From NCBI GenBank assembly GCA_964016885.1, contig OZ024744.1:26412001-26476000 (forward strand): 64,000 bases of DNA. Direction: 5' to 3'. The notes below the pieces were generated by a model. The model was given only the letters and a program-made list of their open reading frames with translations. It was not told where the DNA came from and searched no databases. Below are positions 14,921 through 28,410 of this stretch, piece after piece. The stretch's first letter is position 1; every line of letters starts with the position of its first letter. Origin of the DNA: Eledone cirrhosa. Its lineage: Eukaryota. Made by a program: the position numbers and the translations under genes.

Positions 14921-15003
14921 CCTTGTTGAAGATCCAAGATTTGACTACAGTGACTTTACGGATTTTTGGTGAAATATATTTCTTTAATGAAATATATACA
15001 AGG
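14921..15003 (+). ncRNA. Type I hammerhead ribozyme variant, core UUGAAGA (U3:G8)
   Basis: Stem I ccttg/caagg, stem II ccaaga/ttttgg, GAAA 14971, stem III tatatttc/gaaatata, AUA triplet. Confidence 0.7.
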
Positions 15004-15157
15004 AGGATTAATCATTTTTTAAAAGGTAATATTTGAAGCTCTAGTTAAACTTTAATAAGTTACCTACCTAGCTATGTGTGATTACACACTCTACAAAGCA
15101 AAGAATCGCTGCTTTCACCATTAACGGGATCTTCTGAAACTTCAGCAGATCCCGTTA

Positions 15158-15345
15158 AGGGCGGTGAATTGGCAGTATCGCTGGAGGGTCGGAGATGATT
15201 TCCAGCATAGTTACGTCCCTATACGATCTGAGTTCAAATCCTGCCGAGGTTAACTTTGCCTTTCATACTTACAGGGTCGATAAAATAAAGTACCAGTAAT
15301 GCACTGGGTAATTTGCTGCCCTTGTGCCTAAAGTAGAGACAATTA
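15158..15345 (+). mobile_element. tRNA-derived SINE, family A
   Basis: Match to 28219-28410. Confidence 0.85.
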
Positions 15346-15407
15346 TATATATATATATATACATATATAGTAATAATAATAATAATATACATATATAGTA
15401 ATAATAA

Positions 15408-15628
15408 AAATTTGAAGACTAAAATCAAAAGAGGGCTCGATAAGGATAAATATATATCAAATATATAAGAACCGTAGAGCAAATATTTATTGAAATAACA
15501 GATTAAAGTTTAAGAAAAGAATCGATGCTTTCACCCTTAACTGGATGTTCTGAAGTTTCAGAAGATCCCGTTAAGGGTGAAAGCAGCAATTCTTTGCTTA
15601 AGCTTTAAGCTGTTATTTTAATAAATAT
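15408..15628. mobile_element. Two-armed HHR-bearing repeat (CAGAAGA-core family)
   Basis: ~15483-15555 inverted at 15556-15628. HHR 15554-15604(+). Other copies at 8052, 15096, 22536, 35198, 55757, 58742. Confidence 0.75.
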
Positions 15629-15664
15629 ATACATATATATATATACATACATATATCTATATAT

Positions 15665-15851
<187 letters not shown>

Positions 15852-15993
15852 CGAGTAAGAATATTTTCGAAACGGCGAGTTGATTTGAAATTATTAGAAA
15901 TGTTAGCTTTCTCCGAGGTTTCTTAACCCCACTGTCAGGCTAAATAATTTCTTTAATTGCTTTAGTCAAAATACGGCGATAGCTAACATTTCT

Positions 15994-16055
<62 letters not shown>

Positions 16056-16067
16056 ATATATATATAA

Positions 16068-16415
16068 CCAAAATTAGTTAAATTAAATTAAATTAAGGGA
16101 CCCATGTCCGAGTCATGCGCCATATCCACCGTAGAATAAGCTCAAAGATTCCAATGAATAGATCCGAGCATTTTATATGAACTAGAAATTGATTGACATA
16201 TATATATATTTAAAATAAACAGATGAAACAATCACAGGGCATAATTTCTAAAGTGTGTAATCCCACATAGCTAGGTAGGTAACTAATTAAAATTTAACTT
16301 GAGCTTCAAATATTACCTTTTAAAAATTGATTAATCCTCCTTGTATATATTTCATTAAAGAAATATATTTCACCATTAATCCGTAGAGTCACTGTAGTCA
16401 AATTCCGGATCTTCA
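16068..16415 (-). mobile_element. Non-coding repeat (relative of 14903-15097 and 42616-44349) fused to the 5' end of the PLE
   Basis: 16245-16415 is the reverse complement of 14927-15095 and the match ends inside the HHR core. Confidence 0.7.
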
Positions 16416-16442
16416 GAGCTGGCATATCTAAGAACTGACTAA

Positions 16443-16496
16443 CTTCCTGATGAGGTCATAGCTATTCAATGGCTATCATCGAAATACATATAGCAG
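16443..16496 (+). ncRNA. Type I hammerhead ribozyme (5' pLTR)
   Basis: cttc-CTGATGA-hairpin-GAAA-tacata-TA-gcag, one stem I mismatch. Confidence 0.75.
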
Positions 16497-16686
16497 TAAA
16501 TAAAGGATTATGAGTTCATGCAATTGACTTATGTTTCGTCACTATTATAACTCCGGAACTTATATCTTCGTTGAGTGCTCCCTATCCGCATACTGAAGTA
16601 CTGGATTTTACCAACACTTACTTTCTTACTTACCCCATGCTCCACACCCTGTTGAGCTCCTCATACAGTAGCGGACCGCAGCCAAT

Positions 16687-19342
16687 ATGAATAAACTCAC
16701 CACTCTGGCATCACTGAAGGACATCCCATTACCGGATAAAAGAGAATACACCAGGAATCTCACTAAGAGTACTGACTCCCTAATACGCAGGATGAGGTGG
16801 AGGGCTTACCACTTTGATAGAGTAAACTCCAATATTAATAACCAAAAAACCATGGAGTCCCTCTTCAGATCAAGAAGAACCCCCCCCCCCCCCCCACACA
16901 CACACCATCACCACCACCACAACAGACTATTGGAAGAGTTCGAGAACGAAATGATTGGCATCATTTCCAACATCAAATTTTCCGACCAACCATACCGGGG
17001 TCGAGAGAATCTTAGACGACTGGAACATGGAATTACCGAGCTTAAGGAATCTACAGGAATACTCGTCCATGCCGACAAAACCAACAACCTTTACAGCATG
17101 GACGTTCAATTTTACCATCAGCTAATCCTAAAGGAATTGAGAAAAAGCTACAAAAAAACGCCCGCTGCTACCCTGGAGGATATCAACATCAAGGCTTATG
17201 AGATCGTATCTGGTCTTGGCATAGATGGTAGGACAGCCCCATACCAACCAAGGGAGCCGAGGATTACCATTAAGGACCACAAACCAAACTTCGAGTCTAA
17301 CCTGCCGGTCAGACTGATAGCCTCTTCCCGGTCAGACATGGGGGTTATTAAGAAAAGCATTTTAGATAGGATGCTGCCCACACTTAAGAGTAAAATATGG
17401 TTACAACTCTGGTCCTGCACCAGCCAGGTGCTGGACTGGATTACATTTTTACCCGACAAACATAGGACTATCTTCATACAACTAGACATCAACAATTACT
17501 ACTCCTCTATCTAGCCCATAGTCCTGAACAAGGCACTCATATTCGCGATGAATAGGACAGACCTACACGCGACGAGGTCCGAATCATACTTGCCACCAGA
17601 AAGACCCTGATCCGATTCGGTGGGGACATATGGACCCGGAGCGACTGGCCAAATAATTTTGACATTACAATGGGCTCCAGTGACTCCGCGCAGCTAACGG
17701 ACTTGGTTGGGATATACATACTCTACGAGATCAGGAGAGAATTACTCACCCTGGGTGGCGGGCTGTACCGAGACGACGCATTCTTTCACCGTAGTGGACC
17801 ACAGCACCACAATAGTCGAAAATATGAAGAGGAGAATTAGGCACTACTTTAGCAAGGTAGGACTTAAAGTAGAGATGGAACCCAATAGAAAAGTAGTGAA
17901 TTTCCTGGACACCACCCTCAAACTCAACACCAAGTTACACCACCAATATCATACACCCAATGAGAAGCTGGTCTATATCAACGCTGGGTCCAATCACCCT
18001 AGATCTATAGTTAAGGCCGTAGCTAAGAATGTCTCTGACAGGATCTCTAACTTGTCGGCCAATAAAGAGATCTTCAATAGTAACGCTGATTACTATAACT
18101 CAACGCTAGCTAAGGCGTCCCACAGCCATAGGATCAGCTATAACCCTCAGGGACATGATCGAGATGACCCAAGGGTACCCCACCCCAATACCCTCAGGGG
18201 CATGAGTCGCCCACCTAATACCTCGGTGACCAGTAGTAACACTCCCAGACCCCTATCCGTCACCACCCCCGGTAAAATGTACCGCATACCCCACCGGTCT
18301 ACTACCTACAACGCTGAAGACCACTGTGCTGCGGAGTATAGGCACCCCTGCACCGGCCCCACCACTCGCCGAACCCTAATTGAGCAGGGAGGCCGCACCT
18401 CGCAGGTTTATAGCCCCACGGTGGGCCCATATAACCCTCTTGATAGTGACACCAACCGAGCTCGACGTGAGCTGTGCACAACCACGGGATGGCCCACGAC
18501 GGCGGACACCCAACAACCCCGCAAGAATAGGACCAGGAAGGTCACATGGTATAACTCTCCGTACTCGGTGGGTCTACGTACCAGCCTGGCTAGAACATTC
18601 TTTCGAGTACTGGATAAATATTTCCCTAGGGCCCACAAGTACCATAAAATATTCACAGGCACACGGTGAAACTTTCCTACTCAATCACACGCTCCGTAAC
18701 CCTGCACATAACTGGCATAAATAGGAATAGGCTCATGCCTCTAATACCACCGTAAACCCCGGAGCCACTCAACTGAACCGGCACGCGGGAGGTACCAGAA
18801 CCCGGACAGACCCAACTAGCACACCGGAACCCAACGACCCTGTGCTGATTGCGAAGGCTACCCAGCCAACCCCGAGTGCTGGTAACCACGCGGTACATGT
18901 GGTGGGGCTTAAGAAGTCATGTAATTGCAGAGACCCATCACTATGCCCCCTTAGTAATGAATGCATGACGAAAAACGTAGTCTACAGGTGCAAGGTCACA
19001 ACAGCTAACTCGGAGCACCACTTCATAGGAACCACAGCGACGAGCTTCAAAGTTAGGTGGTATAACCATCGCCATTCCTTTAACAGAATAGATAAGAGGA
19101 AATGTACGGCCCTTTCTGAATTGTTCTGGAAGCTCAAACTTGAAAAGACCCCGCACTCTCTGGTCTGGTCCGTGGTTAGAAAGGTTCCCCCAGACAGAGG
19201 CGTGTCTGGTATTTGCAACTTCTGTCTTAGTGAGACACTCGAGATACTTCATGGCGGAACCAAGCTATTAAACAGAAGGGCCGACTTATTCGGTGCTTTC
19301 AGACACCTAAGGACGGGAACTTTCCTCAAACTATATGGATAA
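16687..19342 (+). pseudogene. PLE reverse transcriptase + C-terminal GIY-YIG endonuclease (stop at 17512, several frameshifts)
   Basis: IRRMRWRA, ADKTNNLY, IQLDINNYY, FDITMGSSDSAQ, GLYRDD, VNFLD, SNHP, CNC-x5-CPL-x3-C, VVYRC..FIG, RWYNH, CNFCLSE, LLNRR. Confidence 0.92.
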
Positions 19343-20646
19343 ACCCCGGTTAAGGCCTCCTACAACGCCCCCCCCCCCCTGTAGGTCCCCTACACCCCCG
19401 TACCAATGACCAATGGACAATAACAACCACCCATAGTTTGTGGTCCCTATGCTGGATGGTCCACCGGATCCTCTACTGGTTAGGAGTCATCAAAACCATG
19501 TTTATTTGAACCTGAGGAACATGAGGAACCCCCGGGAGAGGCCCACGCAGGAAGAACAATTATCCCAAGGTACTAACCCTATACGCATTAATGAGTGCCC
19601 GCAACCGTGCATTGTGTGTGTATACTGGGACTGCGTGAATGTACACACTCATGTGAACGCAACATAATACTAATACCCCAGGTTGGATTGATAAATGTTC
19701 GAGTGTATACTTAAGAGTATATTTGTATATACTCTCTTGTATGAGTGCACATGTGTGTATAGACATACACGCGCATCCAGAAGTATAAAAGTGTGAGTAG
19801 GTATATATGTCTGTACTAAGGGATTCACCTGAGCTCCAAAGCCCCCAAGCTATTGCTGGGAAGATATATATCATACTCTACCTTTGTCTAGTCTAAACAA
19901 TAGCTTTGCAAAACACGCAATTTACTTTTCTTTAAAAATAACACCCACCTAGTTTTATGTCTGCCTTATACTTGTATCTGGGGGCCTCTGTTGTATATAT
20001 ATATATGCACTTGTGCGTACATATATATATATATACACACCTGTATGGATTTGTGTGTGTAGATGTGTGTGTCTGAGGGGGTAGGTGTGAGTGTATGTAC
20101 AAGTCAACCAACATAAGCCTTTAATTTTCTAAACTATCTAAGTATTTGACTCTAACCAATATTTTAAGTATTACCACCCCACATTAATTCTTCAATTTTG
20201 ATGTGTGGATGTGTGTGTGTGTCTGTGGAGGTGGGTGTGAGTGTATGTGCAAGCCAACCTACATAAGTCTTTTTATTTGTAAATTTTCTACTCTAACCAT
20301 AATTTTCAGTAACACCACTCCACATAAATTCCTCAATTTAAGAATGACCTGTAGTATCTATTTCATACTTTTAACCTTAATTGAATATATATCTGACCAG
20401 GAATGCTTTTTGTGAAAATCAGTCATATGGAACTATTGTCATCTTGCCTGACGGTTTGAACTTTACAACACCACCTGCCTCTTTGAGGTCAAATACCAAC
20501 CCTACTAGCATCTACAAACTGACCAATGATAATTAAGACTATTCCTGCGGACAACATTCAATTATTCCTAACGAGGTCATATTACCCAAGGCTCTGATAC
20601 CATCAACACTATAAACACAGAGCTGGCATATCTAAGAACTGACTAA

Positions 20647-20700
20647 CTGCCTGATGAGGTCATAGCCATTCAATGGCTATCATCGAAATATATATAGCAG
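20647..20700 (+). ncRNA. Type I hammerhead ribozyme (3' pLTR)
   Basis: ctgc-CTGATGA-(atagccatt/aatggctat)-GAAA-tatata-TA-gcag, palindromic stem III. Confidence 0.85.
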
Positions 20701-20742
20701 TAAATAAAGGATTATGAGTTCATGCAATTGACTTATGTTTCG

Positions 20743-20806
<64 letters not shown>

Positions 20807-21230
20807 GCGGAGTCATTAGAACGTTGATTATAATGCTTTATGGTATTCGTTCCTTCTCTCTGAGTTTAACTTTGCCCTTCATTCTTCCGAGGTCAATAAA
20901 AAAGTACCAGTCTAGTACTGGGGTTGATTCTCCCTCTATATCTCTTTCTCATTTACTCTCTCTCATTTTTTCTCTTTCTCTGGAAGAAATCTGCTGTCTG
21001 GAGAGGAGATGGGCTCCGCCAGGCTTAACATACCCAAGAAATGTCCTATGTCAATACGGCGTCCCTACGACTGTATCAGGAGTTACAGGAACATATTTAC
21101 GTAGATATATATATCCACGCGTTTCTAAAATCAATGAATATATTCTAAACATGTTAAATGAATGTAAATGTCTTTGAATAACATTAATTAATTCAGCAAT
21201 ACCAACAATAGCGTGAGAATGGCTGACATG

Positions 21231-21263
<33 letters not shown>

Positions 21264-21292
21264 GCATACGTATACATATATACATACATACA

Positions 21293-21377
<85 letters not shown>

Positions 21378-22077
21378 ATATACATGCATACATACGTACA
21401 TACGTACGTACATGGATGCAAACATTCATATAAATATACGCAAATAAATACATACATATATATATACATTCATATACATACATAAATACACACATACATT
21501 TAAATATAAATACATAAATAGTTATATGCAAACATAGGTAGGGTTTCTCCCTACGGCGGATGCGGGGGTAGATCCTGTAGTAGTGGGAGAAGAGCGGAGT
21601 GGAAGAGGGACGGAGTAGGGAGGTATTTAATAAGGTCATTAAGTTAAGTAGATAGGTGGCTTTGTAGATATTTAATTAGTTAGGAAAGCGCTGTGTATGT
21701 GTGTGTACTCCATGTATGAAGCTTGTGTGTATTTAATTAAAGGTAGCAAGGTGGGTATAGGTGGCTTTCGTGCAGGATGTGAATGGATGTGTTTCGGATG
21801 ATTGTCATGTGGTTACCTGAGTACATATATTATGACGGATGGCATGGAAAGGTGATTGGTTGGTTAGGTAGACTGGGTGATTGAGACTTACTGAACGAGG
21901 AAGTGGAGGATGAGGAAGGCGTCAAATATAAACGGGTAAACAAATATTATATATATATATATACTACACACACACACACACATACACATATATATATGTA
22001 GTTTATATATTTATATATATATACATATATATATGTATACACACACACACACATATATAGTTATATATAGATGTATT

Positions 22078-22152
<75 letters not shown>

Positions 22153-22420
22153 GGTGGTGGATGCTTAAAGTGTCCGTATGCGGTAGGCCGTATGAGCACT
22201 CGAAGCCCTGGTAGAGCAGAGTATGATTTCACAGAAAGAAGAGAATCTGTGTTGCGAGGAATGGAATTTATAGGACATATTACAATTGTTTCTCGGGCGA
22301 CCAGCTCGAGGCACGATCGATGTGGTGATCAAACCTGGCTCTGAAATCGGATACGTATCGATTCTACGAAGCAGATTTTCCTATTGGAAAATATGCTTCG
22401 TAGAATCGAGAGGTATCCGA

Positions 22421-22515
22421 GGCCAGCAATTACCCAGTGTATTACTGGTACTTTATTTTATCGACCCCGTAAGGATGAAAGGCAAAGTTAACCTTGGCGG
22501 GATTTGAACTCAGAA
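22421..22515 (-). mobile_element. SINE family A fragment
   Basis: Reverse-complement match to 28219-28410. Confidence 0.75.
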
Positions 22516-22535
22516 TGGCAAGTAATAATAATAAT

Positions 22536-23253
22536 AAATGTAAAGACTAAAATCCAAAGAGGGCTCGATAAGGATAAATATATATCAAATATATAAGGAC
22601 CGTAGAGAAAATATTTATTAAAATAACAGATCAAAGTTTAAGCAAAAAATCGCTGCTTTCACCCTTAACGGGATCTTCTGAAACTAAAAGAATCAATCTG
22701 TGAAAGCAGAAGAAAACATTTCGAAAAACGTTGCAACCGAAGGAAGACAAGAAGACGATATTTTGGTTCGTGGCGACGTTCCCTGGCGATGAACGGAAAA
22801 AACGAAGATAATACGTGGAAAGACAAAATATGTGGAAAGACAAAACCACGTTTATGGTATAAATGAAGTCGTAGACTAACATTCTATTTAGGAAACCGAA
22901 TGATTCTCGGCTTCAGTGTTAAGAATAATGTAAATAAATTACAGAGGTAAAACAAATCAACAAAAATTAAATATATACATGCACGCATCCATATACGTAC
23001 ATATACATGCATACGCGAAAATACCCGCCATGGGTATGCAAATACAAGCACGTATACAAAACAAACAAACACGCATGCACATACAGAACCCACGCAACGC
23101 CTGTACCCGCACACATACGAACGTATACACCAAATACACATCAATATATATATTAAAAAAATATATATTTATTAAAATAACAAATTAAAGTTTAAGCAAA
23201 GACTCGCTACTTTCACCCTTAACGGGATCTTTGGATTTAAGTCTTCAAATTTA
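22536..23253 (-). mobile_element. Non-coding ~554-nt unit with partial tandem and short inverted end (CAGAAGA-core family)
   Basis: 22611-22678 repeated at 23165-23231. Terminal 23230-23253 is the inverse of 22536-22558. HHR 22635-22685(-). Confidence 0.75.
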
Positions 23254-23317
23254 TTATTATTACTAAAAAAAAAAATATATATATATATGTGTGTGTGTGT
23301 GTGCGTGTATACATATG

Positions 23318-23590
23318 TGAAGGCTTAGTGGTTAGAGCAGTAGGCTTGCAATCGAAAGGTTGCGAGTTCAATTCTCGGACAGGGTGATGTGTTGGTTCCT
23401 TGAGCAAGACACTTTATTTCACGTTGCTCCAGTTTACTCAGCTGAAAATGAGTACCAGCAATAGCTGGAGGTTTAACCCTGCGATAGACTGGCGTCCTGT
23501 CCAGGGGGGAGTCTGGTACTCTCAGTCTCTTCACGTCATGAAACCGGGATAAGCACCGGCCAAATGAGCCTTCTGGCTTAAGACAGACTT
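23318..23590 (+). mobile_element. tRNA-derived SINE, family B
   Basis: A/B boxes and CCTTGAGCAAGACACTT core as at 5778. Confidence 0.8.
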
Positions 23591-23689
23591 TAGATATAAA
23601 TATACACACATAAATACGTATTTTAACGCGCGCGCACACATACCTACATGTAAATACACATATGTTCGCTTCTTTCATCCATTGTACCA

Positions 23690-24421
23690 ATAAGGAAACG
23701 TACTTCATTAACAAATTCCAACCTCTACTTAATGGACTAAACTTCGGACTAAACTAAAACTGGAACGAACAATAAACCAAAATCCCTATGTTCTCTAAAG
23801 AGTTACCCCCTACGAGCTACTTAATCCTTTTTCTTATATAAATGAATTACCCCCTCTCATTTCTCTCTCCCCTACCTGACCACCCTGAATTACCTCCCCC
23901 TGCATATTAACTCTCTAAAAAGGGAAATCATATCAAACCCCAGACTACCATTTGCCTCCATCATGGATCAACTAAGCACTCTTGCCATAATAACACATTT
24001 TGAACAGCTTATCTGCAAGAACTATGCATGTAAATAATATTTTTCCTTTCCCATTACTTTATCATGTTTCCCATTTCCCCCTTTTTTTTCTGTTCACTTC
24101 AAAAACCTTGTTTGTAAATAACATTATTATTTCTTCACCATTTCCTTAACATGTTCAACATCACCAACATTTTACATCAATACAAATTCCCCCCTTTGAT
24201 AATGCATAAAATGCTGAAACCGGTAATAGACAATTATTAAATATATAAATAAATAAATAAATGCCATTGTTAATAAATAAATAAATTAACTAATACCTTA
24301 ACACTTCACACAAAGTAAAATATTTTGTTTTAAACATTTTGTAACCCAGAAAAAAGAGAAAAAAATAAAAAGGAAAAAAGAATGTTTTCTTCCTAATAAT
24401 CGTCTTTTTCTCCCTATTTTC

Positions 24422-24469
<48 letters not shown>

Positions 24470-24520
24470 CAAGCGTGTACTCCTTCTCCACATTTTATTA
24501 TTATATTAAGGGTGATAGAT
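23690..24520 (+). mobile_element. PLE 3' fragment (GIY-YIG tail, 3' UTR, degenerate HHR)
   Basis: Translates KETYFINKFQPLLN, typical of a PLE endonuclease C-terminus. TTGATAA-tgcataaaatgct-GAAA-ccgg-TA at 24196-24225. Confidence 0.5.
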
Positions 24521-24711
24521 TGGCCTTACGGGGTCGATAAAATAAAGTACCAGTAATGTACTGGGTAATTAGTGGCCTTGTACCAAAAGTAGAAACAATT
24601 ATTATTATATATATATATGTGTGTGTGTATGTGTGTATGTATATGTGTATATATATATATATATAAATATATATATATATATGTATATATATGTATATAT
24701 ATATGTATATA

Positions 24712-24779
<68 letters not shown>

Positions 24780-24786
<7 letters not shown>

Positions 24787-25035
24787 GTGAGGTTTTTTTA
24801 CAAAATAAAAAAAAACGAGGTGTCCTACACAAGTGAAAGTATAAGAAAAAAAAGATGAAATCGAAAATTCAACTGGAGTCATTTTTAAAAAATATATATT
24901 TATTTGGTTCCTTTACCGGTTTCGTAGTTCTTGTGCTTTTCAAAAGTAGAATTGAGATGGAGGGGTTTGTGATTTTTCTCACATCAGATGTTCTCTGTAT
25001 GTTGAACTAACTGTTGTGTAACCAACTACTTCTAT
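24780..25035 (-). mobile_element. HHR-bearing repeat (family shared with 50488-50716)
   Basis: High similarity to 50488-50695. Minus-strand ctt-TTGAAAA-stem-GAAA-ccgg-TA-aag at 24911-24946. Confidence 0.65.
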
Positions 25036-25362
<327 letters not shown>

Positions 25363-25711
25363 AATACCTTGTAACCGGTCTTTACATACAGTTATATGCG
25401 TACTCAATACGTTTGTTATAGTAACTATAGTTAAAGGATGGTAGGGAGAGACAGTTAATTTACTACAGTGACTTAAAGTTTCATGTTAAATAGAGCATTG
25501 ATCTAGTGAAGATTTTATCTTGAATGGTGGGTTATTATTTGTGGCAGAGTGTTGGCAATATCCGGTTGGCCTTATGCATGACAAAATATCGGTAGAGAAC
25601 AATGCAGGATGACAGGCTTCTACACACAGGCACACGTGCGATAATATACATGTACACACATACACATTCATCCGTAATAATATATATACAAAGGCATACG
25701 CAATCATACGC

Positions 25712-25744
<33 letters not shown>

Positions 25745-26061
25745 CGCAAACATTATTTCTTCTTCTATCTCTCTCCCTCTTTATAGTTGAAACTGAAGAA
25801 ACAAAAGCCAGGAGGCAATTGTACACAGTTATATTAGGTCCACGCTTGATGGGAGTAGAGGACGTTTCGGATAGAAGCTCTTCATCGGGAATGGTGAGAA
25901 CAGAAATTCCGAGGAGTAGTAAGGGAGGGTTAAGGAAGGAAGTTAAAAAGTAAAAAATAGAAAATGAAAAAAATATATAAAGTAAAAATAAATATAAAAG
26001 TGATAAGGGATATAGATCCAGGCTGTGGAGGAAAGGTGGATGGAGGAGATTCCGACATCTG

Positions 26062-26124
<63 letters not shown>

Positions 26125-26503
26125 ACGCGCGTGTGGGTGTGGGTGTGCGTGTGTATGAGTGTGTGTGTGCAGAAAGTTCAGTATATCCGAAGAAAACCAG
26201 TGAGAGAACAAATGTCACCACTCAATGTAGAGGAGAGTGTATATATTAAGAAAAAAGTGGAAGTGTAACATAGGACATTTATTGCTCAATCCTGGTTACA
26301 AATGTTTCTCAACAAATGTTTGTGTCTGGCTGGTTTATCCTCAGATTTGATGTGATTTTTGTTGTGTCAAAACTAGTCTGAGGATCAGGCAGACTTGGAA
26401 TCGGGTCTGGGGCGCCAAGCCAGATCACGAGCCGGCTGCTTGAGAAAGATTTGTAACCAGGTTTGTGCAATAAATCTCCTATGTAACACCTCCAATTTGT
26501 TCT

Positions 26504-26536
<33 letters not shown>

Positions 26537-26537
<1 letters not shown>

Positions 26538-26640
26538 AATCTTGTGGTCATTCATTACCGTACTGGAACTTTGTTTATATATATATATATATATATATAT
26601 AAACAAAGTTCCAGTACGGTAATGAATGACCACCAGATTT
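26537..26640. repeat. Near-perfect palindrome centred on (TA)n
   Basis: GTGGTCATTCATTACCGTACTGGAACTTTGTT-(TA)n-AACAAAGTTCCAGTACGGTAATGAATGACCAC. Confidence 0.9.
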
Positions 26641-26739
26641 ATACTAGGGAAAGTCCCCCTCCAAGGCACAAGTCGGCTAAGTATATATACACTATACATA
26701 CACTCTATACAATACATATACACCCACAATATGTGATGT

Positions 26740-26914
26740 TGTCCAAAGGAAAATCGAAGGCCAATACAGCTTGGCACCATTGACGTTACAATTTATTACT
26801 ATATCTGAGTGAACTGGAGTGACATGACATAAGGTGACTTGCTCAAGAACACAACACAGCCTGACCGGGAAATCGAACTCACAATCCGACCCTTTAGCCA
26901 CTGAGCCACACATC

Positions 26915-26915
<1 letters not shown>
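26740..26915 (-). mobile_element. tRNA-derived SINE, family B-like
   Basis: Minus strand TGGCTCAGTGG ... GAGTTCGATTTC ... CTTGAGCAAG. Confidence 0.7.
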
Positions 26916-26999
<84 letters not shown>

Positions 27000-27001
27000 A
27001 C

Positions 27002-27082
<81 letters not shown>

Positions 27083-27612
27083 ACATACACCCATTCTCAT
27101 CTTGTGTATGCTGAAGCTTTTAATTTTATGTCACACTCAAGGGGCGAGTGAAAGTACTCCATAATAAAAAGGAAGAGCAAGCGCTCTAGAGTGACAGATG
27201 GGGAATTGGGAGGCTAATAGTCTCTGGGCCTGGGGCGTGGTGGTGTTGCAGCCCACGCCCAGCGGACAATGTGTCTTCACCTGTAGTGTGGAACAGCTGA
27301 ATTAAATGTTTCTTTATCTGATGACAAATGAAATATTTGTCTGGTAATATTATCCGTAATATGTTTTATAATCGTTGGTAAACGGTTAGTGTCCTTATTG
27401 ATGCGTAGTGTTTCTTTGTTTGTTTTTTTAAGGACGGCAGTGTTTATCTGTCATTAGATACAATGTTATATCTAACAGACACTCATTATTGCACCATTAT
27501 CCAATTTATACAGATAATACAAAATAGTTAATAGCAGTTTGGTTAAAGCCAGCTTCAGTTAATATATGAGACTAACTGGCCCCGTGCCGTCAAAAATGAC
27601 GGCTAATAGTAA

Positions 27613-28220
27613 TATCTATACATAATATAAAAAAGAGATGTTGGTTGGTTGATTGCTTGGCTGGTTCCTTCGCACTCCCTCACACAAGTGATACAAACAT
27701 ACAAACACACGGCTGTGACGAATCTTAGAACGCTGGACTTCTATAGTTTCTCTCACCCCCTCCTTCCTCAGTCATCACATAGATGTGTGTGTATGTAATG
27801 GCTATGTTTATTAAGTGTGTCTGTTTATATACAGGTATATGTATGTGTAGATTGGTGTGTGTTTGTAATTCTATTGTCTATGTATCTTACCTAAATAAAC
27901 ACACACAAACATATATACACATATTATATATAAATGTAATGTACACATACACTCATTTACACACACAAACACTCACATAATCACAACAACCAATGTGTGT
28001 AGCCAATTCACTATACATATACACATACAGGTGTAGCGAATATTAAACGCTTCTCAGTCGACGCCATCACCCCTTCCTTCCTCAGTCAACGTTATCAACC
28101 CTTCCTTCTTCGGTCGACGTTATATACCCCTTCCTTTCAGTCAACGCCATCACCCCTTCCTTCATCAGTCATTTCTAATGTGTGACGGACAAATACACAC
28201 GGCTCTTATTATATAACTAG
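27613..28220. mobile_element. Possible non-autonomous Helitron-like element with an internal ~33-bp tandem (28053-28170)
   Basis: ATCTATACATAATATAAAA start, TTATTATATAACTAG end, four copies of CAGTCRACGYYATCACCCCTTCCTT. Confidence 0.35.
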
Positions 28221-28410
28221 GGCGGTTGATTGGCAGTATCGGTAGAGGTTCGGGCGCCATGCTTTGACGCATAGAGTTACGGCCCTTGCCATTCTGAGTT
28301 CAAATCCCGCCGAGGTTAACTTTGCTTTTCATCCTTACGGGGTCGATAAAATAAAGTACCAGTAATACACTGGGTAATTGCTAGCCTTGTGCCAAAAGTA
28401 GAAACAATTA
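28219..28410 (+). mobile_element. tRNA-derived SINE, family A (full copy)
   Basis: A box, B box, conserved body. About ten copies in the window. Confidence 0.85.

Larger units (their letters stand above)
16414..20749 (+). mobile_element. Near full-length Penelope-like element with direct pLTRs
   Basis: 132-bp direct repeats 16414-16545 and 20618-20749, each with an HHR. RT+GIY-YIG ORF between them. Ends in (TA)n. Confidence 0.92.

Noticed and set aside
13164-14937. 570-aa Val/Gly/Cys/Trp ORF and mucin-like Pro/Thr antisense ORF
   Set aside because: (GGT/GTT)n satellite open in several frames, with frame switching and no supporting gene structure
18842-19342. Selenocysteine recoding as known in some PLEs
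   Set aside because: No in-frame TGA at conserved Cys positions and no SECIS recognised
20985-21105. Possible exon after a pyrimidine tract
   Set aside because: Tract is a (TC)-like repeat and no translation is recognisable
27130-27290. GC-richer island, possible minus-strand host exon
   Set aside because: Short, weak splice acceptor and no recognisable protein motif
27318-27345. CTGATGA...GAAA...GTC hammerhead-like string
   Set aside because: No room for stem II and no stem I pairing
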